Part shown: positions 19,800 through 28,899 of the stretch, piece by piece | How positions within the stretch are numbered: the first letter of the stretch is position 1 | Layout of the letters: each line of letters starts with the position of its first letter | IMG/VR virus record: IMGVR_UViG_3300006793_000017 | Span: 1 to 64,000 of that record | DNA from: a virus | DNA length: 64,000 bases | Reading direction: 5' to 3' (one strand) | Notes under the pieces: model-generated | Databases searched by the model: none | Told to the model about the DNA's origin: nothing | The model's input: only the letters and a program-made list of their open reading frames with translations | Program-made: the position numbers and the translations under genes

Positions 19800-21422
19800 A
19801 TGAAAATTAAAACAGTAACAATTGTTGGAGGCGGCTCTTCCGGTTGGATGACAGCAGCAGCACTTTCTAAATGTTGCCCACACTTAGATATTACATTAAT
19901 TGAATCTAAAACAATTGGCACAGTTGGCGTAGGTGAAAGTACATTAGGACATATTAATAGATATCTTCAAATGCTTGATCTTAAAGATGAAGATTGGATG
20001 CCAGCATGTAACGCAACATATAAAAACTCAATTCAATTTACAAACTTTAGAGAAAATAAAGGCGAAGTATTTCAATATCCGTTTAGTGATGGATTCGATT
20101 ATACTGATAAGCCAGGTGGCATGGAAAACTGGAGACAGTTAGCAGCACTAAAACCTGAACAATATACTCCAGAAGAATTTGCAAGATTCTTTTGTACAGG
20201 TAATACATTACTTGCTGAACAAAACAAGCAAACTAAAAACGAAGATGGTGTTTTAAGAAACTTTAATTTTGATTGGGATACTGCATATCATTTAGATGCA
20301 GCAGCATTTGGTCAATACTTAAAAGATAAAATTGCTATTCCTAACGGTGTAAAACATATGTATGGCGAAGTACATTCCCATATGAAAGACAATACAAACA
20401 GTTACGTTACACAAGTATTATGTGCAGACGGAACTAAGTTAAACAGTGACTTGTATATTGATTGTACAGGTTTTGCATCTATTATGCTAGAAGGTTGGAT
20501 GGGTTCACACTTTATGAACTTTGAAAAACACTTAGCAAATGATAGAGCATGGGCATGTAGATTACCTTATACTGATAGAGAAAAACAAATGCACAACGTA
20601 ACTGATTGCCATGCACTTGGTAATGGTTGGGTATGGAACATTCCTTTATGGAATAGAATTGGTACAGGCTATGTTTACTCGTCAAGGTTTACAACACCAG
20701 AAAAAGCTCAAGTAGAGTTTAGAAAACATCTTGCAGAAGCACATACACCAGAAATTGCTGAAGCAGCAGAAATGTTTGAAGTTAAAATTAAACATGGTTA
20801 TAGACATAGAGCATGGAAAGGTAATGTAGTAGGTGTAGGACTTAGTTACGGATTTGTTGAGCCATTAGAATCAACAGGACTATTAACTACACACGAAAAT
20901 ATTATTAAACTAGTTGATATATTAAACACAAGAGACGGCCATGTAACTAGAACTGAACGAGAAGGCTTTAACTTTTCTTGTGAATATGATGTTAAAAAGT
21001 TTAGAGACTTTGTATCACAACACTATGCATTCTCTATGAGAGAAGACACTCCATACTGGAGATGGTGTACTGAAATAAATGAATATGATCCGCTTATGCA
21101 TTCAGATGAAATGCAAAAACATTCACAGTATGTTGCTATGATTGGTAACATTGTAGGCGGACATGCGTACGATGAAACATATACAGGAAATTGTTTTATT
21201 ACAGCGGGAATGGGCATTAGAGCGACTGCTACACCTGAGTTAGTTTTACGAGGATCTAGTCGTAGATTCGAAGTAGATATACAAGAGGAAATAGGTGCAG
21301 TTGATCGCATGTATCAACAGTATAAAAATTTTGTATTAGATCATCTAGAGAATCTACCTAGTCATTATGAGTACTTAAAAGAAAACATATATGGCGGGAA
21401 AGATGATTACGAGCTTGATTAA
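19800..21422 (+). CDS. flavin-dependent halogenase (tryptophan halogenase family) 1
   Basis: GGGSSG FAD motif, VGVGEST, catalytic-Lys motif ATYK, WVWNIP and GFVEPLESTG are all canonical. Confidence 0.9.
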   Translation: MKIKTVTIVGGGSSGWMTAAALSKCCPHLDITLIESKTIGTVGVGESTLGHINRYLQMLDLKDEDWMPACNATYKNSIQFTNFRENKGEVFQYPFSDGFDYTDKPGGMENWRQLAALKPEQYTPEEFARFFCTGNTLLAEQNKQTKNEDGVLRNFNFDWDTAYHLDAAAFGQYLKDKIAIPNGVKHMYGEVHSHMKDNTNSYVTQVLCADGTKLNSDLYIDCTGFASIMLEGWMGSHFMNFEKHLANDRAWACRLPYTDREKQMHNVTDCHALGNGWVWNIPLWNRIGTGYVYSSRFTTPEKAQVEFRKHLAEAHTPEIAEAAEMFEVKIKHGYRHRAWKGNVVGVGLSYGFVEPLESTGLLTTHENIIKLVDILNTRDGHVTRTEREGFNFSCEYDVKKFRDFVSQHYAFSMREDTPYWRWCTEINEYDPLMHSDEMQKHSQYVAMIGNIVGGHAYDETYTGNCFITAGMGIRATATPELVLRGSSRRFEVDIQEEIGAVDRMYQQYKNFVLDHLENLPSHYEYLKENIYGGKDDYELD

Positions 21423-22200
21423 AAAGTTTTTTAATAAGCAAAAGCCACACTTGCGGTTCTATAGTCTGTATCCTGGAGTTGCAGATGTTTATCCTATTTT
21501 TCAAGCATCTAAATTACCAAGAAACTTTACAAAAAATCAACCCCCTCCGCAAGTTGAAAGACTAGAAGCTAACGTTGCTAAGTGTCCTGGAATACGAAAA
21601 GTTGCTATGACAGGATGGATAGTACCAGCACCAGCAGACTTTATTATTAGAACAAATGGTGACGGTGTTAGTTTTGAATGGCGCGAACCGATTAAGTTTG
21701 ACAAAGAAATGCCAGGTACTGAATCATATATTATGATGCATACTGAAAGTCAAACTGTACCTGTGCTTGATGATGTTGAAAACACATTAAGGACAACAGT
21801 AAAAGTAGAAACTCCTTGGAGAGTTGAAGCTTCAGACGATATTGTATTGTTACAATTACCACTTACATATGCTAATGAGCCTAGGTTTACATCAGCACAT
21901 GGTATACTAGATCCAATGCAATCACACGTAATAAACTTACAACTGTTCTGGAATGTTTTAGAAGGAGAAACATTAATTAGAGCAGGAACACCATTAGCTC
22001 AGTACATTCCTATTAAAAGAAGTGAACTGAATTATAGTGCGTACGATTATTCAGTTGCATCACAACCAACTGAAGTTGACATACAGAGAGAAAAAGCATA
22101 TAATTATGCTGCAAACTGCTCGTTGCTAGATAAAGACACTTTAGCATCAAGATTAAAAAGGGCAAAGGCAGTCTTAACTAAGTATAAACACAAAGGATGA
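21391..22200 (+). CDS. hypothetical protein (DUF6065-like, possible dUTPase-like fold)
   Basis: KCPGI..GW..P.P.D...TPW...AGTPLAQYIP pattern, seen in phage oxygenase clusters. The true start may be a few codons downstream. Confidence 0.45.
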   Translation: MAGKMITSLIKKFFNKQKPHLRFYSLYPGVADVYPIFQASKLPRNFTKNQPPPQVERLEANVAKCPGIRKVAMTGWIVPAPADFIIRTNGDGVSFEWREPIKFDKEMPGTESYIMMHTESQTVPVLDDVENTLRTTVKVETPWRVEASDDIVLLQLPLTYANEPRFTSAHGILDPMQSHVINLQLFWNVLEGETLIRAGTPLAQYIPIKRSELNYSAYDYSVASQPTEVDIQREKAYNYAANCSLLDKDTLASRLKRAKAVLTKYKHKG

Positions 22201-22469
22201 TTACAATGACAGAAAAAAATAGAAATGTTGTCACTAAGTTGGAAGCTGTAAAAGCTCAACTTCAAGCTGACATGACTAAAAGCAACGAAGAACTTGCCAA
22301 ATTAGAAGAAGAATTTGCTGATTTAAAATTAAATCCGTATGGTATTACTTCTATTGACTTTGCAAAGAGACAAGAACTTTCAACTGATGTTCTAAAGATG
22401 GAAGGCACACTTATGGGTTTAGATTTAGCGATTGAAACCTATGAGGAAGAACATGGTAAGTCCGACTAA
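22197..22469 (+). CDS. hypothetical coiled-coil protein
   Basis: 90 aa, helical heptads, translationally coupled to its neighbours. Confidence 0.6.
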   Translation: MITMTEKNRNVVTKLEAVKAQLQADMTKSNEELAKLEEEFADLKLNPYGITSIDFAKRQELSTDVLKMEGTLMGLDLAIETYEEEHGKSD

Positions 22470-23040
22470 TGAGGGAGGCATACACCTCTTTCCGCCTACA
22501 ATTTGGAAATACAGTTATAACTTTCCATATGACGAAATAGAACAATCAATAGAAGAAGTTTTTGATTCAGTTGAGAGAAATTCTAGTTTAGAAAAAGGCG
22601 CCGCCCTATCTACTGTAACTTTGCCTGAAAGACAGCAGCCCCACACTTGGGAAGAACTTGCTGAATTTCACCATTGGCTAGGCACTAAGTTAACAGGAAT
22701 AAAAGAAGAATTAAATTTTTACGAAAGACAGTCATCGGTTATCGGTTCTTGGTTTAATAGACATTACAAGACAGGATATACTGAAGAGCATTGTCACAAC
22801 TATAGTACGTTTGTAGCAAGTTGCTATATCAAATGCCCACCCGATAGCGGCAATATTGTTTTTAGAAATCCTTTAGAATATCACTTCACAAACTTTCCTA
22901 TAGTAAACGAAACACAAACATTGCAAGAAGTGCAATGTAAAACAGGAGATGTTATTATTTTTCCTAGTTGGTTAAAACACTTTGTTACAGAAAACAAAAC
23001 AGACCAAGAAAGAATTGTAATGACTATTAATATTAAATAA
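22432..23040 (+). CDS. 2OG-Fe(II) oxygenase (TIGR02466-like)
   Basis: LFP.., W.N, HCH, FPSWLKH.V and RIVMT.N motifs. Confidence 0.8.
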   Translation: MKPMRKNMVSPTNEGGIHLFPPTIWKYSYNFPYDEIEQSIEEVFDSVERNSSLEKGAALSTVTLPERQQPHTWEELAEFHHWLGTKLTGIKEELNFYERQSSVIGSWFNRHYKTGYTEEHCHNYSTFVASCYIKCPPDSGNIVFRNPLEYHFTNFPIVNETQTLQEVQCKTGDVIIFPSWLKHFVTENKTDQERIVMTINIK

Positions 23041-23843
23041 TGGACTTTAAAATTTGTTATCCAGATGCAAACACTATCGATAGTGTTATAAAGGTAAAGT
23101 CCTTAGAGGACTTTAAAGCCGAGTACTTTGACTTAGGTGAAGGTATTGGATATTGGATTGCTGATAATCCTTTTTATGATGACGGCTTTAATTTTTTTAA
23201 AGGCTTAGTAAAGTCTTTTCCTATTGTAAAAGATAACAATGCAGAAGGTAATTTAGATCCTAATCCATTTGATACAATACATTTACCAGACTGGACATAT
23301 AAAAATATATGTTTCTTATTGCGTGATTTTTATTTAAAAAATGTAGAAAGCAATATGTTTGATCCGCAAATACATGAATGGGGTAATGTATATTATAAAG
23401 AAAGAGCTAAACCTATTAGTTGCTGGCGAATTCCGCATGTTGATTATCCTAAAGGTTTAGTAGGTAATTTATGGTTTACAGGACACGACTTAGTAGATTC
23501 TTGTACAAAACTTTACAAGTACGAAGGAACTGTAAAAGATAGTCTATACGATTTTCAAACAGATAAAGATCATCCTATGTATGAGCGTTGGTCACAAATT
23601 GCAGATAAACCACAAAGAGCAGATGCTTGGTTCAATATGTCAGACGAAGAATTAGCACAATGGGGATTTAAGTATATGGGATCAGCGCCATCAGTAGAAG
23701 GCAAAATGACAATGTATAGAGCAGATATTAGTCATGCAGCAGTTATTTCATCTAAGGTAGATTTTAGATGGAGTCATACATTTGCATTTTCAGATGATTT
23801 TCCTCCTGAAGTTAGAATGGGCGACTTGGAGTTAAGGTTATGA
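23040..23843 (+). CDS. 2OG-Fe(II) oxygenase-like (DUF6445-like)
   Basis: IPHVD, a distal SH and a terminal R.S..F motif. Confidence 0.6.
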   Translation: MDFKICYPDANTIDSVIKVKSLEDFKAEYFDLGEGIGYWIADNPFYDDGFNFFKGLVKSFPIVKDNNAEGNLDPNPFDTIHLPDWTYKNICFLLRDFYLKNVESNMFDPQIHEWGNVYYKERAKPISCWRIPHVDYPKGLVGNLWFTGHDLVDSCTKLYKYEGTVKDSLYDFQTDKDHPMYERWSQIADKPQRADAWFNMSDEELAQWGFKYMGSAPSVEGKMTMYRADISHAAVISSKVDFRWSHTFAFSDDFPPEVRMGDLELRL

Positions 23844-24466
23844 TGAATATGGATATGTTCTTTCCTACTCCAGTTTGGTGGGAGCAAACAGAACTAGACA
23901 ATACAGACATGCTAAAACTTTGTTATCAACTGCACAAAGAAGATGACAATGGAAGAGTACTAAGTAATCAAGGAGGCTGGCAATCAAAAGATTTTAGGCC
24001 TGATGCATACGATTCAATGAAACCATTACACGATGCAATTATGCAACAAGTAAATCAGTGTATTAGAGATTACGGTTATTACGAAGAATATTGTTATCCT
24101 ATAATGGAAAACTTTTGGTTTAATATTAACAGGCAAGGTAATACTAATTCAGTACATATACACGATAATAGTTTTATATCTGGTGTGTACTATGTAAGTG
24201 CAAAGCCAGGACAGGGTAATTTAAATGTTTACAAAAATCATATGCAAGATTTTATTATTGCATCAGCAGCACCAATGAAAAACTATACACCTATTAGTGC
24301 AGCAGCAATTGCTTATGAACCAGTATCAAGTAAATTAATATTGTTTCCGGGTTGGTTACCGCATGGTGTTGAAAGAAATACAACAGAAGAAGATAGAGTA
24401 AGTGTATCTTTTAATGTTAAATTAATAAGGACAGATGATGAACGACTTCAGCAGAAGAATACTTAG
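23840..24466 (+). CDS. 2OG-Fe(II) oxygenase (TIGR02466-like)
   Basis: SN.GGWQS, WFNIN, HIH, SGVYY, FPGWLPHGV and RVSVSFN motifs. Confidence 0.88.
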   Translation: MMNMDMFFPTPVWWEQTELDNTDMLKLCYQLHKEDDNGRVLSNQGGWQSKDFRPDAYDSMKPLHDAIMQQVNQCIRDYGYYEEYCYPIMENFWFNINRQGNTNSVHIHDNSFISGVYYVSAKPGQGNLNVYKNHMQDFIIASAAPMKNYTPISAAAIAYEPVSSKLILFPGWLPHGVERNTTEEDRVSVSFNVKLIRTDDERLQQKNT

Positions 24467-25154
24467 CGAAACAAACTTAGCGTTTGAAGATAAGCCACAC
24501 TTCTTTAAGAAGTTGCTTGACAATCCTAGCGAATTGGTTACTTGGCAAGATATTGAACAGCACACAAATAAAACAGAACGTTATAACTTTGAACTTATAA
24601 GTCCAGATAGCAGTAAAATTGAAATACCTGTTAGTAGAAAAAATTGGATTTATGATAGAGGTGTGCAAGATAAAGGTTTTATATTTGATAAAGTAAATGC
24701 TGGTTACGGATTAATCTGTTTAGATTACGGATTTCATAATCAAAAAACAATGGATTTTTTAAACGTATTTGAAAATATGTTTAGTATACATGCTGCAATA
24801 CATGTGTATTGTGGGCTAAAAGATTCTAAGTCTTTTACAATACATGATGATTATCCTTGTAATTTTATTATTCAAGCAGAAGGAAAAACTAGATGGAAAG
24901 TGTATAAAAATAAAATTTCTTACATGCATAGAACAGGATTAATGAATGGTAAGTTACAAGATAAAGACATGGAAGTAGATATTGACGTAGAATTAGAACC
25001 GGGAGATGCATTATATATCCCCTCAAGACAGTATCATTGTGCATATCCTAAAGGCAAACGAATATCTCTAAGTATTCCATGCTGGCAGAAACTGCCAACA
25101 GAGCCAATGGAAAATGCAGTAGATAGAAATTATTATAGGATCAACAATGTTTAA
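24435..25154 (+). CDS. JmjC/cupin-4 oxygenase (ribosomal oxygenase YcfD/NO66-like)
   Basis: F..HDD, Q.EGK.RW.V, LEPGDALYIP..YH and R.SLS motifs. Confidence 0.8.
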   Translation: MMNDFSRRILSETNLAFEDKPHFFKKLLDNPSELVTWQDIEQHTNKTERYNFELISPDSSKIEIPVSRKNWIYDRGVQDKGFIFDKVNAGYGLICLDYGFHNQKTMDFLNVFENMFSIHAAIHVYCGLKDSKSFTIHDDYPCNFIIQAEGKTRWKVYKNKISYMHRTGLMNGKLQDKDMEVDIDVELEPGDALYIPSRQYHCAYPKGKRISLSIPCWQKLPTEPMENAVDRNYYRINNV

Positions 25155-25728
25155 ACCGATTGAAATAGAAAATGTAATTGAAAAAGATTACCAAAAACAA
25201 ATATTTGATGTAGTGACTGATATCACTTTTGATTGGCATTTTATGGAAGATACAACATTTGAAAAGAAGGATACTCTTAATACATCTACACCTAGTTTTG
25301 CAAATCTAGTATATCATCCTAACAATAAAGAAAATCCAGGATTAGAATTTTTTACTCCGTTGTTACAGAATACTTGTGCAAAAGCAGGTTTAGAACTAGA
25401 CCAACTGTTACGTATGCGCTTAGGCTTTTTACTTAATACAAAGTATATGATGCCGCATGTAAGATATCAACATAACACACCGCATGTAGATTTTGAAGTA
25501 GATCATTATACTGCATGTTACTATGTTAATGAGTGTGATGGTGAAACTGTTGTATTTCACGAAACAGAAGAGGCAGAAAAATACAAGCCTATGCATAAAA
25601 GTATGCCACAGCAAGGTAAAGTATTAGTATTCAACGGAAGACACTATCATGCAAGTACATGTCCTAAGATGTTTACAAAAAGGATTGTAATGACTATGAA
25701 CTTTACAGCGAGACAAATAGATGGATAA
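25147..25728 (+). CDS. 2OG-Fe(II) oxygenase
   Basis: PHVD, YYVN..DG.T, HYHAS and RIV motifs; paralog of 26931..27542. Confidence 0.8.
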   Translation: MFKPIEIENVIEKDYQKQIFDVVTDITFDWHFMEDTTFEKKDTLNTSTPSFANLVYHPNNKENPGLEFFTPLLQNTCAKAGLELDQLLRMRLGFLLNTKYMMPHVRYQHNTPHVDFEVDHYTACYYVNECDGETVVFHETEEAEKYKPMHKSMPQQGKVLVFNGRHYHASTCPKMFTKRIVMTMNFTARQIDG

Positions 25729-26428
25729 AGAGCAGTATATAAATGAATTACTAGAGCGTGACAAACAATCTAGTTCTCGTATTGTTTCTCAAAATCTAAA
25801 GGATAGATTTACATATCCTTACCTACCTACTATGGTAGTTGATAATTTTTATGAAGAGCCTGATCAAGTAAGAGAATATGCACTTAGTTTAGAATACTTT
25901 AAAGGTGATAGAGGAAGTTGGCCAGGTGTAAGAACTAAACTGTTTCATGAATTTGATCAAAAAAGTTTAGACTTTTTTAGTAAAAAATTACTAGTATATC
26001 TTAAAGATTATGGTTATACAGGGTTTGACGAAATACAAACAGCGTTTCATAGTACACCAGAATCATACACACGTGGCTGGGTACATGACGATGATCCTAA
26101 ATTAAATGTAGCAGGAGTTGTATACTTAAACAAAGAAGCACCTCAAGGAACAGGAACAGTAATATACGAAGATATGGATTTTGATGGTGGCAAATATGCA
26201 GAAGTGTTTATGCAAGATGTATTAGATGTTCCAGCAAAAGAAAAAGAAGAATTTAATCAAATACGCGAAGCACAAGTTGCAGAATTTAAAAAAACAGTAA
26301 CAATGGAAAGTGTATATAACAGAGCTATTATTTTTGATACTAGGCTTTGGCATAGTCCTGAACACTTTTATGGTAATACTATTAAAGACTCAAGGCTTAC
26401 ACAAGTATTTTTTGCGAGGGCAATATGA
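25721..26428 (+). CDS. 2OG-Fe(II) oxygenase (DUF6445-like)
   Basis: VDNFY..P, WPG.R, WVHDD, AGVVYL, YNR..FD..WHS and RLTQVFF motifs. Confidence 0.8.
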   Translation: MDKEQYINELLERDKQSSSRIVSQNLKDRFTYPYLPTMVVDNFYEEPDQVREYALSLEYFKGDRGSWPGVRTKLFHEFDQKSLDFFSKKLLVYLKDYGYTGFDEIQTAFHSTPESYTRGWVHDDDPKLNVAGVVYLNKEAPQGTGTVIYEDMDFDGGKYAEVFMQDVLDVPAKEKEEFNQIREAQVAEFKKTVTMESVYNRAIIFDTRLWHSPEHFYGNTIKDSRLTQVFFARAI

Positions 26429-26934
26429 TTAGAAATATTACACAACCTGTAAAAGTTATTGACAACTTCTTTGAGCAGCCTTGGCTAGTAGAGCATCATG
26501 CAAATAAACAAGAGTTTGTTGACCAAGATAATTCTGTTTTTCCAGGATCACGTTCAGCAACACTAGATGAACTTGATATAGATATGTTTGAAAGATTACT
26601 AGGTAAACTTATTAAACATGTGCTTGGTAAAGAAATGTTTACATTCTTACATTGCGAATATCAAAAAATGAATGAAAGATGTATTGATCAAATTAAACAA
26701 ATCAGCACACAAGCAAATATTGCTGGTACAGTATTTTTAACAGAAAACACTGAACTAGATTCTGGTATTTGTTTTTATGATAATAAACATAATCCTACAA
26801 TAAACATAGAAAATGTTTACAACAGATGTGTACTATGGGATCCTAAAGAACATTATAAAATTCTAAAATACAAACCAAATACACTTATGTTAACGTTTTA
26901 CGGAACAGCAGTACAGAGGTATCCAACACAATGA
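26425..26934 (+). CDS. degenerate DUF6445-like oxygenase paralog (HxD absent)
   Basis: Keeps IDNFF..P, FPG.RS, AGTVFL and NVYNRCVLWD, but lacks HxD and the terminal Arg. Confidence 0.6.
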   Translation: MIRNITQPVKVIDNFFEQPWLVEHHANKQEFVDQDNSVFPGSRSATLDELDIDMFERLLGKLIKHVLGKEMFTFLHCEYQKMNERCIDQIKQISTQANIAGTVFLTENTELDSGICFYDNKHNPTINIENVYNRCVLWDPKEHYKILKYKPNTLMLTFYGTAVQRYPTQ

Positions 26935-27542
26935 CAAATGATATTTTAATACTTGATGATGTAATTCCTAAAGATTATTCAGACCATATTAGAACATTAT
27001 TAACTGGTTGGGAATTTGGTTGGGTCTTTAATCAGAACATGGTTTCTCCTGATGCAGAACTACAAGGCGAAAGCAATCATGCAGGTTTTAATCACTTTTT
27101 TTACGAAAAACAACAAGCAGTAAGTCAACACTTTAATTTTGTATATCCGCTTGTTTTAAGCATTACTAGTGCGTCTAAGACGCCGTATAACAGGTTAATA
27201 CGCATGAGAGCTAACTTGACCCTACCTAACAAAACAAGCACGTTAGAATACCATATGCCGCACATAGACAGCTTCTTTGAACATTGGAATGCAATTTATT
27301 ATGTAAACGATTGTGACGGTGATACTATTATTTTTAATGAAACAAATGATACTTATGATCCTGGTACTGATGATATTATGCGTATCAAAGAGAACAAGTT
27401 TACAATTAAAGAACGTGTTACACCTAAACAAGGTAGAGTAGTTGTATTCCCAGGAAAGTATTATCATACTAGCAGTTATTGTAAAGATTCTGCATATAGA
27501 TCTGTTATTAACATTAATTTAGATAGGGTTCAACTAGGATGA
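26931..27542 (+). CDS. 2OG-Fe(II) oxygenase
   Basis: PHID, YYVND.DGDT, YYHTS and R.VININ motifs. Confidence 0.8.
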   Translation: MTNDILILDDVIPKDYSDHIRTLLTGWEFGWVFNQNMVSPDAELQGESNHAGFNHFFYEKQQAVSQHFNFVYPLVLSITSASKTPYNRLIRMRANLTLPNKTSTLEYHMPHIDSFFEHWNAIYYVNDCDGDTIIFNETNDTYDPGTDDIMRIKENKFTIKERVTPKQGRVVVFPGKYYHTSSYCKDSAYRSVININLDRVQLG

Positions 27543-28096
27543 GCGAATACTACTTACACCAAAGTCAATATATAATCGAGAATAAGACTCAGATTTTTGA
27601 TCATTTAGATAACGCACATGGTGTTTTTAAGAAAATATTTTCTGATAATAATGACAGCACATGGTCATATAATTTGTACAATGTGTTTGCACTAACTGCA
27701 CCTAGCACTATTTTTTATAACATATATAAAGAGCTTGGAACATTTGTAAGAAGTAATATAGGTGATGATCGACCACTGTGGATACAAGCATGGTTAAACT
27801 ATCATAGACCAGATGAATGCTTAACACGACACGGACATGAATTTGATTGGCACGGATATATTAGCATTGATCCTAAAAGTACACAAACTATATTTGATAA
27901 TTGGACTATTGATAACAAGCCAGGTCAAATATATTTAGGACCAGGACATGCTGAACACGAAGTTAAAGTACTAGAACCATATGAAGGTTATAGAACAACA
28001 ATAGGGTTTGATGTACATTCAATACCAAATAATTCTTTTATTAGAAATTATGAAGAAAGACCTTTTGGTAATATGGGGTTAATGCCATTACTATGA
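27539..28096 (+). CDS. 2OG-Fe(II) oxygenase-like protein
   Basis: WLN, HGH, GYISI, EH.V and RTTIGFD motifs. Confidence 0.65.
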   Translation: MSEYYLHQSQYIIENKTQIFDHLDNAHGVFKKIFSDNNDSTWSYNLYNVFALTAPSTIFYNIYKELGTFVRSNIGDDRPLWIQAWLNYHRPDECLTRHGHEFDWHGYISIDPKSTQTIFDNWTIDNKPGQIYLGPGHAEHEVKVLEPYEGYRTTIGFDVHSIPNNSFIRNYEERPFGNMGLMPLL

Positions 28097-28719
28097 TAGA
28101 AGATTACAAAATTATACGAGGCGCAGTATCAACAGAACTCTGCGAATTTCTTGCATTAGAGTACGAACTGATGGAAGAAGTTTGTAAAGTATTGTATGCT
28201 GGTGCCGACTTATCTGACCTTGAAGAAAACACTTTTGCGAGATACGCTCCCTTGATGTTTGAAACATTGATGGTAAAACTAAATCCTTTGGTTGCAAAAG
28301 AATGGGGTCATGAGTTGGTACCAGTGTACTCTTATGCTAGGATATATTATAAAGGATCGCAACTTAAAAAACACTTTGACAGACCTAGCTCTGAAGTATC
28401 GGTATCAGTTGCAATATCAAAAGAACCAGAATACAATTGGCCAATATACATTAAAAATGAAGATGGTGTTGAACACGAGATTAATTTAGATGTTGGTGAT
28501 ATTGTTATATACAGTGGACGTAGGCACGAACACTGGAGAAACCCGTATGAGGGTAACAAAGTAGTACAAGCGTTTCTACAGTACGTAGAAGCCGATGGAC
28601 CATATTCACATTTAAAATGGGATACGAAACCAGCATTAGGACTTCCTGCAGAATTTGTTCGTCAAGAGATAAAAGACGAAGTGCAGAATGTTAAAGATAT
28701 GCTTGGATTTAAGCGTTAA
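28093..28719 (+). CDS. 2OG-Fe(II) oxygenase
   Basis: YSYARIY, LKKHFDRPS.E.S, GD..IY.G..HEHWR and Q.FL.Y motifs, a common T4-like phage family. Confidence 0.8.
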   Translation: MIEDYKIIRGAVSTELCEFLALEYELMEEVCKVLYAGADLSDLEENTFARYAPLMFETLMVKLNPLVAKEWGHELVPVYSYARIYYKGSQLKKHFDRPSSEVSVSVAISKEPEYNWPIYIKNEDGVEHEINLDVGDIVIYSGRRHEHWRNPYEGNKVVQAFLQYVEADGPYSHLKWDTKPALGLPAEFVRQEIKDEVQNVKDMLGFKR

Positions 28720-28878
28720 TTAGTCGCTGACTTTAGTAGGGCCTGCAACGATTTTTGCTGGACCGTGACGCTCTTCAAAGATTTTTGCTGCTGCTTCTTT
28801 GCTTGATGCTTCACAAGTGTCCTGAGTAATAGGCGCTTTACCTACCTCTTTTCTAATAATCATTTTGTAAGTTGCCAT
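28720..28878 (-). CDS. 52-aa small protein not in the ORF track (MATYKMIIRKEVGKAPITQDTCEASSKEAAAKIFEERHGPAKIVAGPTKVSD)
   Basis: Translated by hand. It has SD AGGAG upstream and ATAAATA at 28901-28907 (minus strand), and exactly fills the gap between the two convergent arms. Confidence 0.75.
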   Translation of the reverse strand: MATYKMIIRKEVGKAPITQDTCEASSKEAAAKIFEERHGPAKIVAGPTKVSD

Positions 28879-28899
28879 ATTTGTATAACTCCTATATCT

